The translations under genes were made by a program, and so were the position numbers. The notes under the pieces were generated by a model. The model was not told the origin of the DNA. It saw only the letters and a list, made by a program, of their open reading frames with translations, and did no database searches. This document shows positions 20,121 through 30,599 of a stretch of 64,000 nucleotides of DNA, one piece after another. Position 1 is the stretch's first letter, and every line of letters starts with the position of its first letter. Where the stretch lies: sequence record OL960581; one strand, 5' to 3'. This stretch comes from Escherichia phage vB_EcoM_SA20RB.

Positions 20121-21580
20121 AGACCAGTTACCTCATGAAAATCACCAAATACATCCTCGAATGTATTAGCTTTAGTTTTATCTTCACGTAAACGAATCGC
20201 AATCGGAAGAAATAATTTAACGTAATCAGTGCGGCCATCAGATTTTAGCCAACCGTTGCATTCGCACTCTAGAATTTTTCCAATATAATAATTTTGGTTT
20301 TCCATAATGCGAGTACGGTCAAGTTCATGTGATTTTACACCGGCTTTATCTTTTAAGCCTGAACCAGCATTTACTTTAATTTTTCCACACTCTGATTCAA
20401 GAATAAATCCACCTGCTTTAGTAGGGTCTTTACGGTGAGGATAAATTCCTACAATTTTTAAATCAACATCAATTACTTCTTTAAATTTATAGAGATTTTT
20501 TGAACGAGCATTTTCCCACAATCCATCGGTATTTTTGAGAATAATACCTTCAAGACCTTGGTCAATATATTTTTTATAAATTACCTTAGCTTCATCTAGG
20601 TTATTTACTACCTGGTTTTCAATTAAAATTACTTTATCATATCCTGATGTCATTTGTTCTAGTTTAGAAAAACGTACATCATATTTTAAACGAAACGCCG
20701 GAAGACCGTATATTTCTACCAACGGGACATAATCCCAGACCTGAAACTTCATGCATTTGGCTTCTTTTTCGGAAATGGTTCCTTTTAAGGATTTATTGGC
20801 GATTCCATTAGAAGTAGTACGAGATTCCGCTACTTCGGCGAATTCTTTAGCTTTACTAATTTCAGGATAAGCATCAAAAAGAAAATCTAGGCCTTCTGGT
20901 TCCTTTTTAACTTGCTCATGGTATACCAATTCGCCATCAATTAACACACCTTCTGGATGAATCTGGCGGGCTTCAGCAGTCATTTTGATTAACTCTTCCT
21001 TAAGAAGATCTAATCCTAGATATTCATTACCAGCTCGTGATAAAAGACGAACATCATCTAATTCATCACCTCGAACTTCAGCAAAACACCGAGCTCCATC
21101 TGCTTTTAGCTGTGCAAAAGCTGGAAACTTGATATTCTTACTAATGCCTTTTTCATCATAAGAACTTGCCAGCATTTGAGGTTGTTCAGGAATTAAACCT
21201 GGCCAAACTTTGTTTGCAATAGATACTGAAGCACCGCATTCAAGGTCTCGCATCATAACTCGACGCAAAACTTCAACATCATCCTTTTTACCATCAGTGA
21301 TATATCCAGTTAATTCCTCAATTGCAGCATTTCCAGTCAATTTCCGAGTAGCTAACGTGAATTCAATGAAGTCAAGCATATCGGTAATAGTCAGCATTCC
21401 AAAACTCTGGGTAGCAATACCAGGTTTAGGCCATTTCTTTATATAATACTGTAACCCACGAGAATAAGTCAGACGATATACCCGTTTAAGCAATTCATTA
21501 TCTTTATTCTTTTCAAGAATTGCTTGCTTCTGCTTAGTTGATCCAATAGATGCTATTTCATTCAGAATTTTAAGAATCAT
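20117..21580 (-). CDS. 30: ATP-dependent DNA ligase gp30
   Basis: 487 aa as in T4; KxDG adenylation motif (LKADGAR). Confidence 0.95.
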   Translation of the reverse strand: MILKILNEIASIGSTKQKQAILEKNKDNELLKRVYRLTYSRGLQYYIKKWPKPGIATQSFGMLTITDMLDFIEFTLATRKLTGNAAIEELTGYITDGKKDDVEVLRRVMMRDLECGASVSIANKVWPGLIPEQPQMLASSYDEKGISKNIKFPAFAQLKADGARCFAEVRGDELDDVRLLSRAGNEYLGLDLLKEELIKMTAEARQIHPEGVLIDGELVYHEQVKKEPEGLDFLFDAYPEISKAKEFAEVAESRTTSNGIANKSLKGTISEKEAKCMKFQVWDYVPLVEIYGLPAFRLKYDVRFSKLEQMTSGYDKVILIENQVVNNLDEAKVIYKKYIDQGLEGIILKNTDGLWENARSKNLYKFKEVIDVDLKIVGIYPHRKDPTKAGGFILESECGKIKVNAGSGLKDKAGVKSHELDRTRIMENQNYYIGKILECECNGWLKSDGRTDYVKLFLPIAIRLREDKTKANTFEDVFGDFHEVTGL

Positions 21581-21846
21581 TGTTCATCCTTCAGAGTTTG
21601 ATTTACAGCTCTATTATAAATCAATTCATCATTAAGCTCAGGCAAAGACTTATGATATGTAGTTCTAACTTTATTTCCTTGCATCCAGTGCTTGACATAA
21701 ATGAAACCTTGCTCTACACATTTTTTAAAAATTCGTTCGTCTTTTTGAGCTCGGAATTCTGGATTGCATCTAAAAAATTGATTTACGTGACCGTAATCAC
21801 GTGTAGTATTACCTTCATTTTCATAAATAGTGTGAACGACAAACAT
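21577..21846 (-). CDS. hypothetical protein (30.1 position)
   Basis: 89-aa ORF overlapping its neighbours by 4 nt. Confidence 0.55.
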   Translation of the reverse strand: MFVVHTIYENEGNTTRDYGHVNQFFRCNPEFRAQKDERIFKKCVEQGFIYVKHWMQGNKVRTTYHKSLPELNDELIYNRAVNQTLKDEQ

Positions 21847-22709
21847 TAGAATGCTCCTTGGAAAATATTATCACCACTAGTAAATCTATTAAAATACCCT
21901 GCATCGCCAGGCTTGGTATAACTCCACGTATGGAATGGATTCATATGATATGGGTGTGTATAATATGGATTATATGGATGTGTATAATATGGATTATACG
22001 GATTAAATCCAGGAGTTCTCCAGGTAGTGTTCCAACGAAAAGAATCGTTTTTAACCATCTTCTCAATTACATCTTTTATAGCTTTTTCACTATCAAAACT
22101 TTCTTTATTTTCCTTTGGTGAAAAAAGCTTATTTTCTATATCATTCCATGTATAAACTCGCTGTGCAGTTTTTGGAATTTTATCACGCTCTCCTCGAGCC
22201 ATCCAATAAACCGGAACATTTAATATTTCACTCGCATGGTCGCAGTGGTGAGCGAGATCGTCAATATAACAAATTACGTTATATTTCTCTTTTGCCTTTT
22301 TGAATAACTCTTCTTTTGAAGAATCATGACCACACATCATTACTTCTGAGAAGGCACCAGGAAAAAGAGCATTCAAATTAAATTGACGATTCAACAGAGC
22401 GTCAATAGAATCACCCAATGCTGTAACAGCTACAAAATTATAATCTTCTTTTAATTTGTTAATTACACACAGGGCATCTTTATACGGAGACAAATAACGA
22501 ATAAAATCTGAACGATTGTATTTTTCAATTAACTTGACACCAAGTTCTTCATCACAATTAAAGAGTTTACCTGGAGAAATAAATTTCTCATCTTGGATCA
22601 TTTTTAAAATATGTTCTAACGGAAGATTATATTTCTGAGCAAAATAAGGAAGGCCTGATTGCCAGCTTAAACATACTCCATCAATATCAGTCAAAATAGT
22701 TGGCTTCAT
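21846..22709 (-). CDS. HAD-like hydrolase with a C-terminal Pro/Tyr-rich repeat (30.2 position)
   Basis: 287 aa; N-terminal DIDGV motif typical of HAD phosphatases; C-terminal NPYNPYYTHPYNPYYTHPY. Confidence 0.65.
   Translation of the reverse strand: MKPTILTDIDGVCLSWQSGLPYFAQKYNLPLEHILKMIQDEKFISPGKLFNCDEELGVKLIEKYNRSDFIRYLSPYKDALCVINKLKEDYNFVAVTALGDSIDALLNRQFNLNALFPGAFSEVMMCGHDSSKEELFKKAKEKYNVICYIDDLAHHCDHASEILNVPVYWMARGERDKIPKTAQRVYTWNDIENKLFSPKENKESFDSEKAIKDVIEKMVKNDSFRWNTTWRTPGFNPYNPYYTHPYNPYYTHPYHMNPFHTWSYTKPGDAGYFNRFTSGDNIFQGAF
21955..22002 (-). repeat. 24-bp tandem repeat (2 copies) encoding NPYYTHPY
   Basis: TGTGTATAATATGGATTATA recurs with a 24-bp period. Confidence 0.7.
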
Positions 22710-23170
22710 AGAGAGTCTCTTAATAGGTTTAACACATCAATAAATTCAGCTTCGGTTAGTATTGTATCATCTTTTGTTAGACCACTAGCCATGCTATGCT
22801 TCAAAACTTTTCCTTTCGAGGCTTGTAATGCATTGCGAAATCCCTTGTTTTGGATCGCTGCTTCAAAATATGCATTTGTGTATAATTCTTTCCATGCTTC
22901 GGAATATCTTGAAAACGGAGTTCCAAGCCAGAACAACGTGCCACGGTCCTGAGCTCTTGCATAAGACCTTCCAGCTTGTTGGGCGGCAAGCCCGGATAAC
23001 CCAAATATACGACGCTGTTGTTCAACATTTTTCACCTTGCACCCTTGGAGGAATCCTTCAAGACCTCCAAATTGAATACCATCCATAACGAAAGGCCATT
23101 TGGCGAAATTACTTAATGCACATGATGGCCACCTAAAATTGCTTCTAATCTCTAACTCAGACATTTTCAA
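22706..23170 (-). CDS. hypothetical protein (30.3 position)
   Basis: 154-aa ORF. Confidence 0.6.
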   Translation of the reverse strand: MKMSELEIRSNFRWPSCALSNFAKWPFVMDGIQFGGLEGFLQGCKVKNVEQQRRIFGLSGLAAQQAGRSYARAQDRGTLFWLGTPFSRYSEAWKELYTNAYFEAAIQNKGFRNALQASKGKVLKHSMASGLTKDDTILTEAEFIDVLNLLRDSL

Positions 23171-23363
23171 TGCTTATAATTTCAACATCAGCCCAATGAC
23201 CATAGCAAGGAAGACGAAATTCAACTGGCCAGTTAGGGTCCTTTTCTAATATAATAGACTTAACTTGTGGTTCTTCATGTTCATCTGTATACGGATTTTT
23301 ATCTGTTACTTTATATGTGACCTTAATGTACTGAATTCCAAAAATCTTATTAATTATATTCAT
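23157..23363 (-). CDS. hypothetical protein
   Basis: 68-aa ORF. Confidence 0.5.
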   Translation of the reverse strand: MNIINKIFGIQYIKVTYKVTDKNPYTDEHEEPQVKSIILEKDPNWPVEFRLPCYGHWADVEIISIENV

Positions 23364-23557
23364 ACTAATTCCTTTAATCCATAGATAGGAGATAATTCAT
23401 CACCCATACGAAGGTCTTCATTTCCATCTACCCAGGAAACAATATAAGCATCTTTTACTTGAACATCTCCCAATTTAAATGCAGGTAAAACCTTAGAAAT
23501 TAATCCAGGTATACCAATTCCCTTTAATTCAACAGTTTGACCTAAAAAGAATTTCAT
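23360..23557 (-). CDS. hypothetical protein
   Basis: 65-aa ORF. Confidence 0.5.
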   Translation of the reverse strand: MKFFLGQTVELKGIGIPGLISKVLPAFKLGDVQVKDAYIVSWVDGNEDLRMGDELSPIYGLKELV

Positions 23558-23844
23558 TAGAACCTCATCTGAAAACCATGCGATTTAACATTACCACCAC
23601 CAATATCAGAGATATTAATTTCGCGCGCAATTGAAGGGTCAATGTCAATTTCGCGATTGAGTTTAGTGATAGCTAAAGTATCACGCCCATTTACAGTACG
23701 GAACTCTAAAGGGCAGACTACATTAACGTAGTTTTTAATTGATTCACTGGTAGGTTGCAAATGAGCAGGAAGGTCTTTAGGTGCCTTAGAGAAAACCACT
23801 TCACAGAAATTTTTGCGGGTATCAAAATAAGTAGTCATAAACAT
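23557..23844 (-). CDS. hypothetical protein
   Basis: 95-aa ORF; SD GAGGA. Confidence 0.55.
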   Translation of the reverse strand: MFMTTYFDTRKNFCEVVFSKAPKDLPAHLQPTSESIKNYVNVVCPLEFRTVNGRDTLAITKLNREIDIDPSIAREINISDIGGGNVKSHGFQMRF

Positions 23845-23861
23845 AGTATTTTCCTCAGTAA

Positions 23862-23888
23862 GGGGCCGAAGCCCCTCATTTTTATTTT
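23862..23888. terminator. GC-rich tetraloop hairpin GGGGC-CGAA-GCCCC in an intergenic gap
   Basis: Hairpin between two minus-strand ORFs; the T-run is on the plus strand, so its role on the coding strand is unclear. Confidence 0.4.
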
Positions 23889-24252
23889 AAATATCAAATT
23901 CGTTAAGAACTACATCAAAGATCGCTTCAAGATGCTCAGGTTTAGCTCTGTTACTCAGAATATGACGAATCCAAGTTTTAACCAGAAGCTTACGATTGAC
24001 GCCATTCCAGCAAGGATGAGTACCTAAATCGCGTTGACGGAAATCATCATCTAATGCGATTTTAAAAGAAGAACCTTCTTTCGTGATTGAAACCGTGATG
24101 CCATTTTCAAATCGCATATAAACGTAGTTAGGAGTCATATACTGTTCAATTTCGCATACTGATCCATTTTGATGTTTCCAAAGGCAGATAGTATCAATAG
24201 AACCTGCAATACCATTAGAAACATATTTACGTTCAAAGTTGATGTAGTTCAT
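23887..24252 (-). CDS. hypothetical protein
   Basis: 121-aa ORF; early promoter upstream. Confidence 0.6.
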   Translation of the reverse strand: MNYINFERKYVSNGIAGSIDTICLWKHQNGSVCEIEQYMTPNYVYMRFENGITVSITKEGSSFKIALDDDFRQRDLGTHPCWNGVNRKLLVKTWIRHILSNRAKPEHLEAIFDVVLNEFDI

Positions 24253-24289
24253 TTTTATTCTCCGAGATGTTTAATTGCGGTACAGGTAT

Positions 24290-24318
24290 ATAATATCATA
24301 TCCTGTACCAAAGTAAAC
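24290..24318 (-). promoter_or_regulatory. T4-type early promoter
   Basis: Minus strand reads GTTTAC, 17 nt, TATTAT. Confidence 0.55.
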
Positions 24319-24320
24319 AA

Positions 24321-24653
24321 TTATTTTACTACTTTCCAATGTTGCATGTCAAGTTTACCAACTTTTTTCATCTTCTCAATTAAGCGTTCGGCACGTTGGC
24401 GGGCTGTAACATAATACCATTCACCCAATTCATTTTGTTCAATTTTTCCAACGATTACTGTATTCAATTCATAAATCCAACCAGTAAAGAAATTATGAAC
24501 TTGAATTGTAAAGGTGAAATCTGTTCCCATACCTTCTGTTGTTTCTACTTCAATAATATCACCTTCAACTGCCATTAAGAACCACATAGTTTCATCATAT
24601 TTACCATTGAAGCATTTAGTTTTAACTGTAGCGTTCAGATTAATCGTTTTCAT
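24321..24653 (-). CDS. hypothetical protein
   Basis: 110-aa ORF; early promoter upstream. Confidence 0.6.
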   Translation of the reverse strand: MKTINLNATVKTKCFNGKYDETMWFLMAVEGDIIEVETTEGMGTDFTFTIQVHNFFTGWIYELNTVIVGKIEQNELGEWYYVTARQRAERLIEKMKKVGKLDMQHWKVVK

Positions 24654-24680
24654 TTTATTCTCCTTTGTTTGTGTAAGATA

Positions 24681-24710
24681 ATACTATCACAAAGGAACTA
24701 TACTGTAAAC
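24681..24710 (-). promoter_or_regulatory. T4-type early promoter
   Basis: Minus strand reads GTTTACA, 17 nt, TAGTAT. Confidence 0.55.
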
Positions 24711-24723
24711 AACTTTATGCAAT

Positions 24724-24758
24724 CTTTGGAAAATAAAAAAGGACTCCCGAAGGAGTCC
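24724..24758 (-). terminator. terminator hairpin GGACTCC-CGAA-GGAGTCC plus T-run
   Basis: 7-bp stem followed on the minus strand by TTTTTTATTTT, directly after the upstream ORF stop. Confidence 0.65.
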
Positions 24759-24763
24759 TCAAC

Positions 24764-24982
24764 TTATGCTTTCTGCTTACCAAAACGAGAAGCATCATCT
24801 CGAAGAACCGCACGTGCTCGGCGCATGATCTTCTCAACAGTTTGATTGATACGAGAGTTCGACCCACGCTTGTAACCAGCGCGTTTAGAATCACCAACTT
24901 TCTTTTCAACTGCTTTCTTTGCTTTAGCTTGTTTTGCCATTATAAATTCTCTTTTAAATGAAAATGCAGGACTTATTGGCAT
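24764..24982 (-). CDS. small highly basic protein (start may be the internal Met at 24940)
   Basis: 72-aa ORF; the MAKQAKAKKAVEKK... portion is Lys/Arg-rich. Confidence 0.5.
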   Translation of the reverse strand: MPISPAFSFKREFIMAKQAKAKKAVEKKVGDSKRAGYKRGSNSRINQTVEKIMRRARAVLRDDASRFGKQKA

Positions 24983-25134
24983 TGCCTGCGAAAGCCCTCA
25001 AGGGGTACTTAGGTTTTGAATATTTACCGACAGGATAACCATAAACCTCGTCAACATTCAAGAGGTACACCGTAAAACAAAGTTCGACGGCTCCTCGTTT
25101 TAACTTCACACTAAGGCAGTGACTCTCCAATAAA

Positions 25135-25383
25135 TTACTTCAGTGTTACCACAAAGTGACGAACTGCTTTTCGTGCAGCAGAAGCCAGAGGCTTAGCATA
25201 CTTAAGTTCATCTTTTTCCTGAAGCTCAGCGGCTAATGCAGTTTGAGCAGGATTCAGATGTTTGAAATAACGCAGGATTTCAAGAGCTTCGGCTTCAACA
25301 TCAATAGATGCGCCATAGTTTTCGTGACCATTATTCCATGCGTTTCGTTGCAGTTCAAGAGCGTGTTGTAATTGTTTAATCAT
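25135..25383 (-). CDS. rIII: rIII lysis-inhibition accessory protein
   Basis: 82 aa as in T4; position between 30.x and 31. Confidence 0.8.
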   Translation of the reverse strand: MIKQLQHALELQRNAWNNGHENYGASIDVEAEALEILRYFKHLNPAQTALAAELQEKDELKYAKPLASAARKAVRHFVVTLK

Positions 25384-25522
25384 TTAAAAATTCTCGTTAG
25401 AGATTAAAACTCGGTAGTCACGTTCTTCTGAATTTCATCTTCTTTCGACAGATCTCTCAGTTGTAGACTACCACATAGAATTGTTCGGTTAACTTATTAT
25501 TCCGACACCCAATTCATATTAT

Positions 25523-25530
25523 TATTTATA
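25523..25530 (-). promoter_or_regulatory. late promoter TATAAATA downstream of 31, upstream of rIII
   Basis: Exact TATAAATA on the minus strand immediately after the gene 31 stop. Confidence 0.5.
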
Positions 25531-25866
25531 TCACTTATAAAGACACGGAATAGCTTTATAGTGACAGGTTACGAATTTTTGTTTAATTTCTTTTGGCTGC
25601 TTAAGACCCAGAGCTACAAAAGGATGAGGAACGTTTCGAATTTGACCAACTGGAAGAGAAGTCAAATCACCAACTTCGCAGAAACCTTCAGGAACATCAG
25701 GACCAACAGAGTGAACTACACACAGTTCAGGAACTTCACCTTGGACACGTTTACCAATAATAAGTCCTGATTCTGTAACTTCTTCATCACCGGCTTGTGC
25801 AGGTTCAGAAACTAAAATAACATATTCACCGACAGCACGAATTGGTAGCTGTTGTACTTCAGACAT
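25531..25866 (-). CDS. 31: co-chaperonin gp31 (GroES analogue)
   Basis: 111 aa as in T4; sequence recognised. Confidence 0.95.
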
Positions 25867-25896
25867 CGTTTTTCCTTTTTGTTAACAGATGAATTA

Positions 25897-25921
25897 ATAA
25901 TAACAAATAATTCTTAAAGCA
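25897..25921 (-). promoter_or_regulatory. MotA-dependent middle promoter for gene 31
   Basis: Minus strand reads TGCTTTA, 12 nt, TATTAT, about 30 nt upstream of the ATG. Confidence 0.55.
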
Positions 25922-25922
25922 T

Positions 25923-26231
25923 TTATTTACCAATAAATTGAAGCAAATGCTCAACTTTCATGCCATTAACGGAAATCAATTTGTCAATAGAAAAACCTCG
26001 CCATGCACCGAGCTCAACATCAAATACCGGAATCATATCAGTAGATTCTTTCCGAGTAGATTCAGTCAATTTACCAGTTTGCATGGTTGGCATAAAGTCT
26101 GCATCACGAGTGCCTTTCATGGTACGAATAGTACCATCAGACTTTTCAAAAACCACGTTTGAAATACCCATGGACAATTTAGTTTTCAAAATTTCACGAA
26201 TTGCTACTTTCTGTTCAGTTGTCAATTTCAT
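25923..26231 (-). CDS. hypothetical protein (31.1 position)
   Basis: 102-aa ORF. Confidence 0.6.
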   Translation of the reverse strand: MKLTTEQKVAIREILKTKLSMGISNVVFEKSDGTIRTMKGTRDADFMPTMQTGKLTESTRKESTDMIPVFDVELGAWRGFSIDKLISVNGMKVEHLLQFIGK

Positions 26232-26468
26232 TTATTTACCTATTACAGTTTTAATATGGGTTGTTCCACGTTCTTTAAGAGTGGAAAGCAACTTTTGGCA
26301 TTTTTCTAAATCAGATTTCCAACTATACGGCCTATCAATACAAACCCATTCTGACTTATAATACTGTTTCCATTTAGAGAAAAAATACTTCTTATACTCT
26401 ACAGCAAATGAAATGTTCTCGTTAGAATAAGAACTAATTGCTGTGAGCTGTACCAAACGAAATTTCAT
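26232..26468 (-). CDS. hypothetical protein (31.2 position)
   Basis: 78-aa ORF. Confidence 0.55.
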   Translation of the reverse strand: MKFRLVQLTAISSYSNENISFAVEYKKYFFSKWKQYYKSEWVCIDRPYSWKSDLEKCQKLLSTLKERGTTHIKTVIGK

Positions 26469-27049
26469 TATTCACCACAGAATTCGTTGATATTTTCCCA
26501 ATTTAACTTATTCAAGTTTTTCTTAGGAACATTAAACACTTCAATACCTGCATTTCGCAGAATATCATCCCAGCCAGGTTTATTCTTATCGTATGTTTCG
26601 CAATAAACCAGTTTTTTAATTCCAGATTGAGCTATGGCTTTTGCACAATCCGGACAAGGAGAAAGTGTTACATACATAGTAGCACCTTCAATTGAAGAAC
26701 CATTTCGCGCAGCAAACAAAATCGCATTTAGTTCAGCATGAATTTCATTTTTAGACGACCACTCAGAGTGAGCACTACGATGTTCTTTCGCCAAGACAAA
26801 ACGATCAGTTGAACCAAATGATACACATTCAGGCTTATGACCTTGAATAATAGTATGTTTAGGCTTATTTAGCAACCAACCTTGCTCAACAGCATAATCG
26901 CAGCAATTCACACCCCCGGCAGGTGAACCATTATATCCGGTAGAAATAATACGTCCATTCTTTTCAATTACCGCTCCTACCTTCCAGGAGCAACATTTTG
27001 ATTCTTGTGATACTAAATATGCAATTTGAAGTACTGTACTCGCTTTCAT
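26468..27049 (-). CDS. cd: dCMP deaminase
   Basis: 193 aa as in T4; zinc-binding HAE and PCxxC motifs. Confidence 0.95.
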   Translation of the reverse strand: MKASTVLQIAYLVSQESKCCSWKVGAVIEKNGRIISTGYNGSPAGGVNCCDYAVEQGWLLNKPKHTIIQGHKPECVSFGSTDRFVLAKEHRSAHSEWSSKNEIHAELNAILFAARNGSSIEGATMYVTLSPCPDCAKAIAQSGIKKLVYCETYDKNKPGWDDILRNAGIEVFNVPKKNLNKLNWENINEFCGE

Positions 27050-27384
27050 TTCATAATCACCAGATAAGCAGATTTAGCAGTTTCAACACGATAAATTTCG
27101 TGACGAAGTTTAGTTATACTTTTAATAACAGAACTAATTATATTCTGCCCATCTTTAAAGCGGTTTTTCTTATCAATAAAAATTGCACCAACCATCTTTT
27201 TGTGAAGCTCAACAGGATACTTCGTCACAATAATAGCATCATACACAGAAGGATGAATACTGTTCACCAGAGTATCGTTCATTAAAGTTATTCTAATGAA
27301 CTGTGCTGTTTCAGAATCAAGCGCTCTATGATCGCCAGTATCATTTTCAAGACAATTATCAATTATATCAGTTAAATTCATCAT
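27046..27384 (-). CDS. hypothetical protein (cd.1 position)
   Basis: 112-aa ORF. Confidence 0.55.
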   Translation of the reverse strand: MMNLTDIIDNCLENDTGDHRALDSETAQFIRITLMNDTLVNSIHPSVYDAIIVTKYPVELHKKMVGAIFIDKKNRFKDGQNIISSVIKSITKLRHEIYRVETAKSAYLVIMK

Positions 27385-27617
27385 AGTACGCCATACACCC
27401 TTTGTGCTTCAACTAATCCATCAAAATCCAGTTTAAGATGTGTTATTTGGTCACCATCACCTGGATTCACAATTACTAATACTGAACGAGGAGTTTCGGT
27501 AATAACACGAACCGATGTTTCAGGAAATCGTTCAGAAACCTTATTTACCAATTCCTGAGCAAATAGTTTAACTTTTTCTTGGAATTCTTTAGTAGTAATT
27601 GGTTTTTCACTTAGCAT
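27381..27617 (-). CDS. hypothetical protein (cd.2 position)
   Basis: 78-aa ORF. Confidence 0.55.
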   Translation of the reverse strand: MLSEKPITTKEFQEKVKLFAQELVNKVSERFPETSVRVITETPRSVLVIVNPGDGDQITHLKLDFDGLVEAQRVYGVL

Positions 27618-28138
27618 GTTGATCCCAGCTCCTTACTTTCAACGTTTTTAACTAATTTGACAGAAACTAATTCGGCATCTTGGGTAATCATTACCGGGCC
27701 TTCTTCATACTCTTCAAGATATTCTAGAGCTTTCTTTTTAGCTTCTTCCTTCGTATCAGTTTGAGCATAGATATAAAACATACAACCAGTAATACCTACT
27801 ACTTTCCACTTAATTTCTTTATCAGTTTTAATTTCAAATTTACTGATAGAGTCATCTTTTTGAACTTCTTCGAAAAAATAATATTCTGACATATAAGTAA
27901 TTGAAAATAGCGGGCTTTCTTTATAAGATTCGCCCATTACATCAACAGCTTTATACCAGCAATCGTCAATTTCGCGTTTAATGCTAATAACATTTTTCGC
28001 AGGATCTATTTTTACTTTAAATGAATTTTCCCCAATAAACTGAGCAATTCGTTTATTAGCCCCACAAGTTTCATTAAAAATATCTTTATATCCAGCTTTA
28101 AAGCGATAAACCTTATCTTCTTCAAACCATTCGCTCAT
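27611..28138 (-). CDS. hypothetical protein (cd.3 position)
   Basis: 175-aa ORF; early promoter upstream. Confidence 0.6.
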   Translation of the reverse strand: MSEWFEEDKVYRFKAGYKDIFNETCGANKRIAQFIGENSFKVKIDPAKNVISIKREIDDCWYKAVDVMGESYKESPLFSITYMSEYYFFEEVQKDDSISKFEIKTDKEIKWKVVGITGCMFYIYAQTDTKEEAKKKALEYLEEYEEGPVMITQDAELVSVKLVKNVESKELGSTC

Positions 28139-28168
28139 TTCAATTTCCTCATTTGTTTTGGTAGAGCT

Positions 28169-28198
28169 ATAATATCACAACTCTACCGTAAAGTAAAC
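28169..28198 (-). promoter_or_regulatory. T4-type early promoter
   Basis: Minus strand reads GTTTAC, 17-18 nt, TATTAT. Confidence 0.5.
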
Positions 28199-28200
28199 TA

Positions 28201-28476
28201 TTAAATTGCTTTGAATTCTGATGTCTGTGATTCAAAGCGAATATCGCCTTTGATGACTAGCTCAGCATCAAGACCGAATACGACAATAATATGAGCAGAA
28301 CCTGGATACAGAGTAATTGCAATAGAATCCACCTGGTCTGGAAGCAAAGTATTCAATACATGAGTCACTTGAGCATGAATTCGAAGCTCAGCTGCATTAT
28401 CAAGCTTTTCAAACATATTATTAGCAATAATTTGGCTAAACACTACTTCTACGATTTTAGAATAAGTTGGAAACAT
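28201..28476 (-). CDS. hypothetical protein (cd.4 position)
   Basis: 91-aa ORF. Confidence 0.55.
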   Translation of the reverse strand: MFPTYSKIVEVVFSQIIANNMFEKLDNAAELRIHAQVTHVLNTLLPDQVDSIAITLYPGSAHIIVVFGLDAELVIKGDIRFESQTSEFKAI

Positions 28477-28478
28477 AT

Positions 28479-28679
28479 TTACCTCACATAATTTTCTTCA
28501 AGCCAATCAATAACATCCAACGCATTATCAAAAGTTGAACCATCTACTTTATCTTCTGTTTCATAATCAAGAACATCTAAGCCTACTCTTCCATCAACAA
28601 TAGGCCATAAACAAAATAGATATTTCTTTTCTTTTTCAATTTTATCACAAAGTCGATAAATCTTTTCTATGTTATTCAT
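28479..28679 (-). CDS. hypothetical protein (cd.5 position)
   Basis: 66-aa ORF. Confidence 0.5.
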   Translation of the reverse strand: MNNIEKIYRLCDKIEKEKKYLFCLWPIVDGRVGLDVLDYETEDKVDGSTFDNALDVIDWLEENYVR

Positions 28680-28868
28680 AAGTTTTCCATGGTAAAGGCA
28701 GTTTAGTTTTCTTTACTGTTAGTTCAACATCAGGATTCTTTTCTCTTAATTTAAGGCATTCCTCCCAAGCTCTGATTTCACTAGTGAATACACAAAATTG
28801 TCCATTACTAGTACCAACTAAACCACTATTTACAATAACAATAGACCAAGTTTCATGATGCCACGCCA

Positions 28869-28869
<1 letters not shown>
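28672..28869 (-). CDS. hypothetical protein
   Basis: 65-aa ORF. Confidence 0.5.
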
Positions 28870-30072
<1,203 letters not shown>

Positions 30073-30076
<4 letters not shown>

Positions 30077-30309
30077 TTATTTTTCTCAACTAATGATTGA
30101 ATATAATCATGCAGGTCTTTAGATGCTTTACCCCACTTATTTTGATATTCATTTTTAAGATTAGCACGTGATTGAGCTAATAAAACATCATTGGTTGGAG
30201 GTAAAGATTCTAATCGTTGAATCTGGCGTCCATAAATCATTGCAGCCATCTCGGATTCATAAATCAATCCTTTGAGATGTTCAAATTGATGCCATGAAAT
30301 CATTTGCAT
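30073..30309 (-). CDS. hypothetical protein
   Basis: 78-aa ORF. Confidence 0.5.
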
Positions 30310-30599
30310 TTATCCTCTTTTAACTCTTGGCGATAATAACATATCATAGTTTTTTGGTCATGTACATATCGTTTTACATCATTAAGCCAAATACGAAATT
30401 CCTGGGAATCTTCGAATGGCATACCGACCCAAGCTTTACCATCAATAACTTTAACTTGCCAGGATAGTTTAGCTTCATCATATGACTTTATCTGCACAGG
30501 CCAATTAGGATGAACTGTTTCTTTCTTTACTTCTAGAGGCTTTGTCGAACAACCAACTAGAAGACCAATAGATAATATTACTGCTGATAGTTTAATCAT
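30300..30599 (-). CDS. outer-membrane lipoprotein, likely o-spanin (position of T4 pseT.2)
   Basis: 99 aa; signal peptide with lipobox LLVGC; translationally coupled to the upstream TM/coiled-coil ORF. Confidence 0.7.
   Translation of the reverse strand: MIKLSAVILSIGLLVGCSTKPLEVKKETVHPNWPVQIKSYDEAKLSWQVKVIDGKAWVGMPFEDSQEFRIWLNDVKRYVHDQKTMICYYRQELKEDKCK

Noticed and set aside
24983-25134. Possible tRNA or small ORF in the rIII-proximal spacer
   Set aside because: No cloverleaf-compatible acceptor/T-arm pairing found by eye; the only ATG-initiated frame is 19 codons without an SD. Kept only as a possible structured RNA (see findings).
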